64,000 nucleotides of DNA from Candidatus Limnocylindria bacterium (GTDB lineage: Bacteria > Chloroflexota > Limnocylindria > Limnocylindrales > CSP1-4), in assembly GCA_041494645.1 (NCBI GenBank), contig JBGQBD010000001.1, forward strand, positions 5,361-69,360, given 5' to 3'. The notes below the pieces were generated by a model. The model was not told the DNA's origin, made no database searches, and saw only the letters and a list, made by a program, of their open reading frames with translations. The translations under genes were made by a program, and so were the position numbers. Below, piece after piece: positions 39,259-47,814 of the stretch. The first letter of the stretch is position 1; every line of letters starts with the position of its first letter.

Positions 39259-40308
39259 CTACCGTACCGCCGGGACCAGGCTGGGCTCCAGAACTCGCAC
39301 CAGGGCCTCCTTCATCAGGAGAGTCACAGTGGCGAGGTTCGCAAAGCCGGCCTCCTCGAGGCGGCGATCGATCGGGGATTCGTAGGTTCGAACGGGCGAC
39401 AGCACTCCGCTGGCGGGACAGCTGCCACCCTTGCCGATCCGCGCGGCTATCAGACCCAACCCGAAGCTGACCAGCGGGCTCGCGTCCGTCTCGGGCCGCG
39501 CCATGATCTTGAGATAGTGAGGCTGGTCCTCGCGGGAGACGCCAATCTGCAGCAAGGCCAGGACATCCCCGGAGGAATTGTCCGCGGTCTGCAGGTAGGC
39601 CTCCATCTCGGCGAACCGCAGGATCGGGGCCAGGCTGGAACGAGGCACTCGCGTGGTCTGGCCCTGGCGCTCCCAATCGCTCAGGCGGTACGACTCCAGG
39701 CGAGCCACGGGCTGCGGCGTGACGGCCGAGTACAGCCGGGCCAGGGGCAGCGCGTCGAGCGGCTGGCAGGGCCTGATTCCGGCGGCGCGGGCGCGCTCTT
39801 CGGCCCAGGCCGGCGGCAGCGGGGTCTCGGTGCCGCGAAAGAGCAGTAGCTCCTGACCGTAGCGGGCGAAGCCGGCCTGCATGAACAGCTCGATGTTGCC
39901 CTGGCCATCCGCGCAGGCCACGTGGAACCTCATCGCGCCCCGCTTGGCCCCGTCGCGCAGCAGGTGCTGCACCATCCGGAAGCGCGTGTCGCCCGAGTCG
40001 CCCGAGCCGATGGCGTCAAGCTCGACGATCGTCCATTCGTCGCGGGCGCCGTCACGCTCCACGCGGAGCAGCCCGGAGATGTGGCCCTCGTCCTCGTAGA
40101 CGAACAGCAGATCGTTGGGACGGAAGGCGCCGAGCGGCAGCCGGAACAGGCTGAAGACGCCGATGCGAGGCCCGCTTACCGGGAGTCCGAGCGATCGAGC
40201 ATCGACTTTCTCGAGTTGAGATAACCGCGACAGCTCCCCTAGCGCAGCCAGGTCGGTGAGCCGGGCGAGGCGGATGCGACCGCTCACATGGCCTCCCCCA
40301 GCGACCAC
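39259..40308 (-). CDS. Hypothetical protein, GNAT-like acyltransferase fold (possibly tandem)
   Basis: RFRMVQHLLRDGAKRGAMRFHVACADGQ..IELFMQAGFARYG resembles GNAT motif A/B. It overlaps the pdxT start by 25 nt. Confidence 0.4.
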   Translation of the reverse strand: MVAGGGHVSGRIRLARLTDLAALGELSRLSQLEKVDARSLGLPVSGPRIGVFSLFRLPLGAFRPNDLLFVYEDEGHISGLLRVERDGARDEWTIVELDAIGSGDSGDTRFRMVQHLLRDGAKRGAMRFHVACADGQGNIELFMQAGFARYGQELLLFRGTETPLPPAWAEERARAAGIRPCQPLDALPLARLYSAVTPQPVARLESYRLSDWERQGQTTRVPRSSLAPILRFAEMEAYLQTADNSSGDVLALLQIGVSREDQPHYLKIMARPETDASPLVSFGLGLIAARIGKGGSCPASGVLSPVRTYESPIDRRLEEAGFANLATVTLLMKEALVRVLEPSLVPAVR

Positions 40309-40922
40309 CCGTCCGTGCCCGCGGCCGCGGCCCCCTCGGCGGGGTCTGCATATTCGCTCGCCATGGTTGCGATGAGCCGGTGGAAGCGCGTCTCCCCCGC
40401 AAGCTCGGGATGGAATGAGATCGCCAGGACGTTGCGCTGGCGGACCGCCACGACGCGCTGATCAGGCAACCTGGCCAACACCTCCACACCGGGACCGACG
40501 CGCTCAATTATGGGCGCCCGAATGAAGATCGCGTGGACCGGACGGTCGCCCAGGATCGGCACGGACAGATCTGTCTCGAAGGAGTCGAGCTGGCGGCCGA
40601 AAGCGTTCCGGTCGACCGTCACGTCGATGAGCGGGAAGACGGGCTCTTCGCCGCCGGCGATCTCTCGGGCCAAGATGATCATCCCGGCGCACGTACCCAG
40701 GATCGGGGCGCCGGAACGGGCCAGGGCCATGATCGGCTCGCGCAGTCCCCACCTGGCGACGAGCTTGCGCATGGTCGTGCTTTCGCCGCCCGGAAGGATC
40801 AGGCCGGAGATCCCGTCGAGGTCGCCTGGCAGCCGCACGGGAACGGCTTCGACGCCGATCGACCGAAGGGTCCGGATATGCTCGATGACGGCGCCGTGGA
40901 GCGCCAGTACGCCGATCTTCAT
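40284..40922 (-). CDS. pdxT: Pyridoxal 5'-phosphate synthase glutaminase subunit
   Basis: MKIGVLALHGAVIEH...GLILPGGESTTM...TCAGMI...AISFHPEL shows the class I glutamine amidotransferase catalytic triad pattern of PdxT. Confidence 0.9.
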   Translation of the reverse strand: MKIGVLALHGAVIEHIRTLRSIGVEAVPVRLPGDLDGISGLILPGGESTTMRKLVARWGLREPIMALARSGAPILGTCAGMIILAREIAGGEEPVFPLIDVTVDRNAFGRQLDSFETDLSVPILGDRPVHAIFIRAPIIERVGPGVEVLARLPDQRVVAVRQRNVLAISFHPELAGETRFHRLIATMASEYADPAEGAAAAGTDGWSLGEAM

Positions 40923-40977
40923 GACGCGCTCCGGGTTCGCATCGGTTCCGTTCGACCGTGCGTCCCGCTACGCGGGG

Positions 40978-41865
40978 CTACCAGCCCCGGACCGCCAGAC
41001 GCTCCGCCTCTGGGATCGTGACCGCCGCGATGCCGCGCATCGGGCTGCCCAATCCCTTCGACACCTCGGCGATGATCTTGGGGTTGTCGAAGTGGAGCGT
41101 GGCCTGGACGATGGCTTCGGCGGTCCTCGCGGGGTTCTCGCTCTTGAAGACACCGGATCCCACGAATACGCCCTCGGCTCCCAGCTGCATGGCCAGGGCC
41201 GCGTCGGCCGGGATGGCGATGCCACCGGCCACGAAGTTGACGACAGGCAGCCTGCCCTCGTCGTGGACCTGCTTGACCAGGTCGTAGGGAGCGTCCAGCT
41301 CCTTGGCCGCAACGAACAGCTCGTCCTCGCGCATCGATTGCAGGCGGCGGATTTCGGACATCAGCGTCCGGATGTGCCGGACCGCTTCGACGATGTCGCC
41401 GGTGCCGGCTTCGCCCTTGGTTCGGATCATCGCCGCGCCCTCGTTGATGCGGCGCAGCGCCTCCCCGAGGTCGCGGCAGCCGCACACGAACGGCACCTTG
41501 AACTGGTGCTTGTCGATGTGGTTCGTCTCGTCGGCCGGAGTGAGAACCTCCGACTCGTCGATGTAGTCGACGCCGAGGGCTTCGAGAACCTGGGCCTCGA
41601 CAAAATGCCCGATGCGGGCCTTGGCCATGACCGGGATGCTGACCGCCGCCATGATCCCCTCGATCATCGCGGGATCGCTCATCCGGGCCACGCCGCCCGC
41701 GGCTCGGATGTCGGACGGCACCCGCTCGAGGGCCATCACTGCACAGGCGCCGGCATCCTCGGCGATCCTGGCGTGCTCAGGCGTAACGACGTCCATGATG
41801 ACGCCGCCCTTGAGCATCTGGGCGAGGCCCTTCTTTGTGGCCCAGGTGGAGGTCTCGGCGGTCAT
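40978..41865 (-). CDS. pdxS: Pyridoxal 5'-phosphate synthase lyase subunit
   Basis: GGVIMDV...[26 protein letters not shown]...[11 protein letters not shown]...[15 protein letters not shown] is highly conserved PdxS/SNZ sequence. The start is at the internal ATG (MTAETS). Confidence 0.9.
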   Translation of the reverse strand: MTAETSTWATKKGLAQMLKGGVIMDVVTPEHARIAEDAGACAVMALERVPSDIRAAGGVARMSDPAMIEGIMAAVSIPVMAKARIGHFVEAQVLEALGVDYIDESEVLTPADETNHIDKHQFKVPFVCGCRDLGEALRRINEGAAMIRTKGEAGTGDIVEAVRHIRTLMSEIRRLQSMREDELFVAAKELDAPYDLVKQVHDEGRLPVVNFVAGGIAIPADAALAMQLGAEGVFVGSGVFKSENPARTAEAIVQATLHFDNPKIIAEVSKGLGSPMRGIAAVTIPEAERLAVRGW

Positions 41866-42112
41866 GCGGCTTGCAGTTCCTTCTTGGGCGGGGAGCGGGG
41901 CGCGCTTCTGCGGCACGACGGCCGGCCTCGCTCCCGGATTATACGCGGCATCCCCTCAACCCCGGCCCGGACAGAGGCCCCGGCCCGCGAGACGTTGCCA
42001 CCGATGCGGGGCCCTGGCCGGCCCGGCGTCGTCTCTACCCGAATGCGGAGGCAAGCCCAACCGAGACGCCGATTCGAAGGCGCACGGCAGTCGACGCGGT
42101 AGAGTCACGACC

Positions 42113-42805
42113 ATGACGCGCGAAACCCTGACCGGCCTGTCCGCCGACATCGTCGGCTGCCGCCTGTGTCCCCGGCTGGTGGCGTGGCGCGAAGATGCGG
42201 CAGCAAATCCGCCGGCCAGGTTCGCCGGAGAGCGATACTGGGCCCGGCCGCTACCCGGCTTCGGCGATCCGCGGGCGCGCATCCTGCTCCTGGGACTCGC
42301 CCCCGCCGCCCACGGCGGCAATCGTACCGGGCGGCTCTTCACCGGCGACAGATCGGGCGACTTTCTGTTCGCCTCGCTCTACCGAACCGGCTTCGCAAAC
42401 CGGCCGACATCCGTGGCCGTCGATGACGGGCTCATGCTGGAGGACGTCTACCTGGCGGCCGTGGTGCGCTGTGCGCCGCCGGACAACAAGCCTCTGCCCG
42501 AGGAGCGCGGGCACTGCTTGCCGTTCCTGGTCCGGGAGCTGGGGCTGCTGACCCGGGTCCGGGTGATCGTCGCGCTCGGCGCCTACGCCTGGGACGGCGC
42601 CCGGCTCGCCCTCACGGCGTCGGGCGCGGCGGCCACGGCGAGGCCGGCCTTCGGTCACCTGGCGGAGGTCAGCGTCGGCCGGTATTCCCTTCTCGGCTCG
42701 TACCATCCAAGCCAGCAGAACACCTTCACCGGCCGGCTCACGCCGGCGATGATCGACGCCGCGATGCTGCGAGCCCGCGAGCTGGCCGGGTCGCCGGAGT
42801 TCTGA
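42113..42805 (+). CDS. Uracil-DNA glycosylase, family 4/5 (UdgB-like)
   Basis: Has CRLCPRL near the N-terminus, GFGDP..RILLLGLAPAAHGGNRTGRLFTGDRSGDFL, and a C-terminal HPSQQN motif. Confidence 0.7.
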   Translation: MTRETLTGLSADIVGCRLCPRLVAWREDAAANPPARFAGERYWARPLPGFGDPRARILLLGLAPAAHGGNRTGRLFTGDRSGDFLFASLYRTGFANRPTSVAVDDGLMLEDVYLAAVVRCAPPDNKPLPEERGHCLPFLVRELGLLTRVRVIVALGAYAWDGARLALTASGAAATARPAFGHLAEVSVGRYSLLGSYHPSQQNTFTGRLTPAMIDAAMLRARELAGSPEF

Positions 42806-42867
42806 AACGGGTGGCACCGGGGCCGATTCGGTCTCACGGGCGCCACCTGGACTCGTAAACTCGCACC

Positions 42868-43584
42868 ATGAGCGAGGGCCGGCTGCTTCTCATCGACGAC
42901 GACGCTGCGCATCTCGACGCCCTTGCCGATCGCCTGGCAAGTGACGGCTTCGAGGTGGCGAAGGCCGCCAGCGGCGCCGCCGCGCTCCGACAGCTGGACA
43001 CGGCCTGGCCCGACCTCGTCATCCTGGACCTGATGATGCCGGAGATGGACGGCCAGACCCTGGCGGGCCGCATCAAGAGCCGAGCCGACATACCGATCCT
43101 CGTCCTGTCTGCGGTTGCCGCCGCGGACAGCAAGGCGGATCTCATCGCCCACTTCGCCGAGGATTACGTCACCAAGCCTTACGACTACGCCGAGCTCGTG
43201 GCGCGCGTTCGGCGCGTCCTGCGCCGCCTGGCGGACCAGATGCCCGTCGAGGAGCTGGCTTTGGGCGACCTGACGCTCGTGCCGCGGAAGCGCGAGGCGA
43301 TCGTCGGCGGCCGGCGCGTCGCCCTCTCCCCGACCGAATCGCGCTTTCTGGCGACCCTTGCTGCGAACATGCCGCGGCCCGTCTCGACGGAGCAGCTGCT
43401 CCGCAAGGTGTGGGCCGATTCGGACGCCGCGGATCCTGCCTATGTCTGGGTCACCGTGCGCCGGCTTCGACAGAAGGTCGAGGTCGACCCCGATGACCCG
43501 CGCCACCTGCTGACGGACCCCGCGGGCGGCTACCGCCTGGCCGCCTGGAGGCCGGGCCAGAGCCCCGACCAGGCGGAGTCCTAG
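42868..43584 (+). CDS. OmpR-family response regulator (orphan, no adjacent kinase)
   Basis: Has a receiver domain (LLIDDD..., DLVILDLMMPEMDG, K at ...VTKPY) and a winged-helix domain (LSPTESRFLATLAAN...VWVTVRRLRQKVE). Confidence 0.8.
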   Translation: MSEGRLLLIDDDAAHLDALADRLASDGFEVAKAASGAAALRQLDTAWPDLVILDLMMPEMDGQTLAGRIKSRADIPILVLSAVAAADSKADLIAHFAEDYVTKPYDYAELVARVRRVLRRLADQMPVEELALGDLTLVPRKREAIVGGRRVALSPTESRFLATLAANMPRPVSTEQLLRKVWADSDAADPAYVWVTVRRLRQKVEVDPDDPRHLLTDPAGGYRLAAWRPGQSPDQAES

Positions 43585-43755
43585 GGCGCGACAGAGGCCC
43601 TGGCGAGGGCTGGCGCAGGAGAGGGACGGATTCGGTGCTCGCGAAACAGCCTGCATTGGCAGGGCGGAGGACCTTCCGGCCGCCTCGTGTTGAAGGGCGG
43701 GAGACGCCAGACCCGGAGCCGCCGATGTCGGGCGCCGCTCTGGTAGGATGGGCCC

Positions 43756-44268
43756 ATGGAGGGCATGGTCCTGGTCCTCAATCAGAACTATGAGCCGCTG
43801 AACGTGTGCAACCTGCCGCGTGCCTTCCGGATGGTGTTCGGCGAGCGAGCCGAAGTGCTCGAGTACGACCACCAGGTCATCCGGACGCCGCGGGCCGACT
43901 ATCGCGCGCCCGCCGTCATCCGTCTCCAGCACCTGATTCGCCGACCGCGGCCGCGTGTCAAGCTGACCCGCCGAGAGGTCTTCACCCGCGACTCCTACAC
44001 GTGCCAGTACTGCGGCCGTAAGACCGGCGATCTGACCCTCGACCACGTCGTGCCACGCCACCGTGGCGGAGCCCACTCGTGGGATAACCTGGTCGCCGCC
44101 TGCAAATCCTGCAACCACCGCAAGGGCGGCAAGCTGCTGGACGAGGCCAAGCTCCGGCTCGCGCGCAGGCCGTCGGAGCCGCGCTGCGATGTGTACTCGG
44201 TATTCATCCCGTACCTCCGCGACGACAGGAACGAAAGCTGGCGAACGTATCTGTTCCTCGGCCATTGA
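43756..44268 (+). CDS. HNH endonuclease
   Basis: CQYCGRKTGDLTLDHVVPRHRGGAHSWDNLVAACKSCNHRKG is a canonical HNH/zinc-finger nuclease motif. Confidence 0.7.
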   Translation: MEGMVLVLNQNYEPLNVCNLPRAFRMVFGERAEVLEYDHQVIRTPRADYRAPAVIRLQHLIRRPRPRVKLTRREVFTRDSYTCQYCGRKTGDLTLDHVVPRHRGGAHSWDNLVAACKSCNHRKGGKLLDEAKLRLARRPSEPRCDVYSVFIPYLRDDRNESWRTYLFLGH

Positions 44269-44325
44269 CCGGGGCGTGGGCCTGACTGGGACGCCCGCGG
44301 ACGGGCGGGTTCAGGCGGTGGGACG

Positions 44326-45774
44326 ATGAGCCGGGAAAGCATGATTGGAAGCGAGCCTGATCCAGGCGGGACCGCAAACGGCGCACCGGCGGCGGGTGCG
44401 GCCACACCCCTCGCGGCGCCTCTCCCCAGGGTGCCGGCCCCGGTCGGCGATCTGCTCGCGACCCTCTGGCGTGGTGGCCACGCCGCGTACGTGGTCGGGG
44501 GCTGCCTGCGCGACGCCTTGCTGGGGCGCGAGCCCGCCGACTGGGACCTGACCACGGACGCTCCGCCGGACCGGATCCAGGCCCTCTTCCCGCGGTCCGT
44601 CTATGAGAACCGCTTCGGAACTGTGGTCGTGCGCCAAGGCGACGCTCAGTACGAGATCACCACCTTCCGGCGCGATGTCTCCTACTCCGACCACCGGCAC
44701 CCGGATGCGGTGCAGTTCGGCGAGTCGATCGAGGAGGACCTGGCCCGCCGCGATTTCACGATCAACGCCATTGCCTGGGGCGGCCGGCCGGCCGAGGAGC
44801 CCGCCTTCGTCGATCCACACCGCGGCCGCGACGATCTCGCCCGCCGCCTTCTTCGCGCCGTCGGCGATCCAGACCTGCGCTTCGGCGAAGACGCCCTGCG
44901 AATGGTCAGAGCCGTCCGGCTGGCGGCGACGCTCGAGTTTGAGGTGGACCCGGCCACCCTGGAGGCAATCGGTCGCAACGCAGGGCTCGCGACCCGCCTC
45001 TCGGGCGAGCGTGTCTGCGCCGAGCTGCTCAAGCTCCTGGCCGCACCGCGGCCGTCCGTGGGCTTGCGCTTGATGGAGCGGACCGGTCTGCTGGGCGTGA
45101 TCTCGGCTGATCTCGCCCGTCAGCCGGGCATGTCACAGAACAAGGTCGACGACGAGGACCTGTGGGACCACACCCTGCTCACCGTCGACGCGGCGCCGAA
45201 TCGCCCCCTGGTGCGGCTCGCGTCGCTCCTCCACGACCTCGGCAAGCCGGACACTCTGGAGGATGGCCACTTCCACGGCCATGAAACCGTCGGGGCGGTC
45301 ATGGCGCGCGACTTCCTGGCCGGCCTTCATGCCCCGCGCGCCCTCCAGGAGGGAGTGGCTCATCTCGTGCTGCACCACATGTTCTCGTATCAGCCCAACT
45401 GGAGCGACGCCGCGATCCGGCGGTTCATCGGCAAGGCTGGGCCAGGCTCGGTCGACGACCTGCTCGCCCTCCGGGCCGCCGACAACGAGGGCAGCGGGCT
45501 GCCGGCCGGCGCGGGCCACCTGGCCGAGCTGGCCTCCCGAATCCAGGCCGAGCTGGCGGCTCAGGTCGTGCTGAGACGCGGTCAGCTCGCCGTCGACGGC
45601 AACGACCTGATGGCCGAGCTGGACCTGCCACAGGGTCGCCTGCTCGGCAGGCTGCTCGACGATCTGACCGAGCGCGTCATTGCCGATCCGGCGCTCAACG
45701 ACCGCGCCATCCTGATCGAGCTGGCTCGGCAGGCGATGTCGGAGGATCGGTTGTTGGACAATTCGACATCGTGA
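44326..45774 (+). CDS. cca: CCA-adding tRNA nucleotidyltransferase (class II, head domain + HD domain)
   Basis: YVVGGCLRDALLGREPADWDLTT, RRDFTINAI, and the HD motif LLHDLGKP...HGHETVGA are present. Confidence 0.8.
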   Translation: MSRESMIGSEPDPGGTANGAPAAGAATPLAAPLPRVPAPVGDLLATLWRGGHAAYVVGGCLRDALLGREPADWDLTTDAPPDRIQALFPRSVYENRFGTVVVRQGDAQYEITTFRRDVSYSDHRHPDAVQFGESIEEDLARRDFTINAIAWGGRPAEEPAFVDPHRGRDDLARRLLRAVGDPDLRFGEDALRMVRAVRLAATLEFEVDPATLEAIGRNAGLATRLSGERVCAELLKLLAAPRPSVGLRLMERTGLLGVISADLARQPGMSQNKVDDEDLWDHTLLTVDAAPNRPLVRLASLLHDLGKPDTLEDGHFHGHETVGAVMARDFLAGLHAPRALQEGVAHLVLHHMFSYQPNWSDAAIRRFIGKAGPGSVDDLLALRAADNEGSGLPAGAGHLAELASRIQAELAAQVVLRRGQLAVDGNDLMAELDLPQGRLLGRLLDDLTERVIADPALNDRAILIELARQAMSEDRLLDNSTS

Positions 45775-45820
45775 TGCGGATTAGCGCGGAGCCACGCGAT
45801 TCCATTCCGGGAGCCGGCTG

Positions 45821-46951
45821 ATGTTCGAGCTGTTGCTGCAGGCCGACAGGGCCGTGTCTGAAGGCTTGCTCGACCAGGCGGAGCGGACCTACTGGCAACT
45901 CGTCGAGCTGGACCCCACGAACGCGATCGCGGTCGTAGGACTGGCGCGGGTCTCGCTCGAGCGCGGCGACGAACAAATGGCCCGCACGTTCGCGGATCGG
46001 GCTAGGGCCATGGATCCGGAGAACTTGGCCGCCAGGCGAATCATCGAGGCGCTGGAACGCAGGATCCCAGGGGGCGTTGCGGCGGAGACGCCGGACCTGG
46101 CGCTGATCGCGGCCCAGCGCCTGGAGGCTTTGAGCAGGCGCCGCACCGCCGGTTCACATCGGCCGGAGGAGGGCGCGGGTACCGTGGCGGCGGCTTCGGC
46201 CGGCCCGTCGGCTGCGGCCACGGCCGGCGGCGCGAGAGGCGTCGCGTCCGGCGGACGGCATGACATCACGGCCGAGGCCGCGACCGGCAAGCCTGCCGGT
46301 GGCGGGCGGCGCAGGCGGAAAGACGAAGAAGCCGGGGCAGCCACCGCCTCCCAGGCCCCAGGTCGGCCCGCGCCAAAGCCCGCCAAGGCCGCTCAACCCG
46401 CTCCCGCCGACCACGCCGCGGCCGTCCACGCCGCGTCCGGTTCGATCAGAGGGCCGCGGTCCCGGCTGCGCCCGGACCCGATCCCCCAACTACCGTCCGA
46501 GCCCCTCAGGGAGCGGCGCCGGGCCGGGCGGCTGGCGGCCGCCGCCGCTGCCGCCGTCGCGGTCGCGATGCACCCGTCCGCACACCTCCCGCGGCACGAG
46601 CCGCACCAGGCCATGCCGCCCGGACGGGGCCGTGTGGCCGCGCAGGAGCTCCGGGCGCCCGCGCGGGACCCCTATGCCGCCGCGGAAGCGGCCGCGATGG
46701 TAGAGGCGGTCGACGCCGTGGACCTGGCCGACGAGGCGCCAGCGAGCACGCCAGGCCCGAGTGCAGACGCGGCGGACGCCCTCGGTGCCGAGGGGACGTC
46801 GGAGGCGGCATCCACGGGCCAGTCGGCGGCGATGGCTGGAGCCGGCGACAAGGCATCCCCCGCCGAGCCGGCCGAGCCGGCCCAAACCGCGCCCGATACG
46901 CCGGGGGCGGGCCGCAAGAAGGGTTTCTTCGAACGCCTGAGAGGCGGCTGA
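45821..46951 (+). CDS. TPR-repeat N-terminal domain protein with long Ala/Pro/Gly-rich disordered C-terminal region
   Basis: The N-terminal about 90 aa has TPR-like helices (AERTYWQLVELDPTNAIAVVGLARVSLERGD). The remainder is low complexity, and the codon bias is consistent with coding. Confidence 0.4.
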   Translation: MFELLLQADRAVSEGLLDQAERTYWQLVELDPTNAIAVVGLARVSLERGDEQMARTFADRARAMDPENLAARRIIEALERRIPGGVAAETPDLALIAAQRLEALSRRRTAGSHRPEEGAGTVAAASAGPSAAATAGGARGVASGGRHDITAEAATGKPAGGGRRRRKDEEAGAATASQAPGRPAPKPAKAAQPAPADHAAAVHAASGSIRGPRSRLRPDPIPQLPSEPLRERRRAGRLAAAAAAAVAVAMHPSAHLPRHEPHQAMPPGRGRVAAQELRAPARDPYAAAEAAAMVEAVDAVDLADEAPASTPGPSADAADALGAEGTSEAASTGQSAAMAGAGDKASPAEPAEPAQTAPDTPGAGRKKGFFERLRGG

Positions 46952-47047
46952 ATGTTACCCAGCGCATCGGTTCGGCGTTGCGCGGCGTTGGCGTGGCGCC
47001 GGGTCAACCCGGCGGGCTGAACCGCCGGGCCGGGGTAGAATCGAGAC

Positions 47048-47743
47048 ATGCCCTCCCTGAGCCGACCAGGCAAACCCGCGCCGCCTGCCTCACCTCCCCG
47101 ACCCGAGGAATGGCTTCCGCAGCAGTTCGGGCGGAGGCTTCGCGCCGTCCCGGACCCGCTGATCGAGCCGAGCTGGGGCGGCGTGCGTGTCATCGCCCGG
47201 GTCGGGCTCGGCCAGACGCGATTCGTCGACGAGGAGGGCGTCGACTGCACGGAAGAGTTCGCGGCCGTCGGGGAAGCGGTCTCGGCCGCGGCCCGGGCCG
47301 CCGAGCTGATCCTCGACGGCTTCCTGACCGTCGAGCCGACCCAGCCCTCGGCCGGGGTCGCGCTCCTGGGCGTCGAGCCCCCCAGTAAGGGTCAGCTGAT
47401 GACCCAGATGTTCGTGGGCAGCCGGCGATCGCGCCAGCTGGAATCCAGGCGCGATCTGGACCCGGACCGGCCCATCGCGTTCGTAGCCGTGGACCTCCTG
47501 AGCATCGACGGCTCGGGCCTCCTGGACGTCCCGCTGCTGGAGCGCAAGCGTCTCCTTGACGCGGCCCTGGAGGCCGGCGAGCTGGTCCGCATCACGCCGT
47601 TCGTGCGGCCGCCAATCGGAACCTTCGGCAGTACGTGGCGAGATCTCGGCTTCGGGGCTCTGGCATACAAGGGCGCCAACAGCCGCTACATCCCCAACGG
47701 CCGCAACGAGGATTGGTCCATCTTCCCGATACCCAGCAGATAG
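47048..47743 (+). CDS. ATP-dependent DNA ligase-like nucleotidyltransferase-domain protein lacking the motif I lysine (putative pseudo-enzyme)
   Basis: Has ligase motifs III (LILDGFLTV), IIIa/IV-like (FVAVDLLSIDG; GALAYK) and an OB-less C-terminus. Motif I reads EPSWGGVRV instead of KxDGxR, so the nucleophile Lys and the Asp are absent. Confidence 0.5.
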   Translation: MPSLSRPGKPAPPASPPRPEEWLPQQFGRRLRAVPDPLIEPSWGGVRVIARVGLGQTRFVDEEGVDCTEEFAAVGEAVSAAARAAELILDGFLTVEPTQPSAGVALLGVEPPSKGQLMTQMFVGSRRSRQLESRRDLDPDRPIAFVAVDLLSIDGSGLLDVPLLERKRLLDAALEAGELVRITPFVRPPIGTFGSTWRDLGFGALAYKGANSRYIPNGRNEDWSIFPIPSR

Positions 47744-47814
47744 GCTCGGCCGCTCGCACGATGTGCCCTCCACGCGCCAGGCGTGGTACGGTGGCGACGA
47801 TGCCGTCGAGCGCG

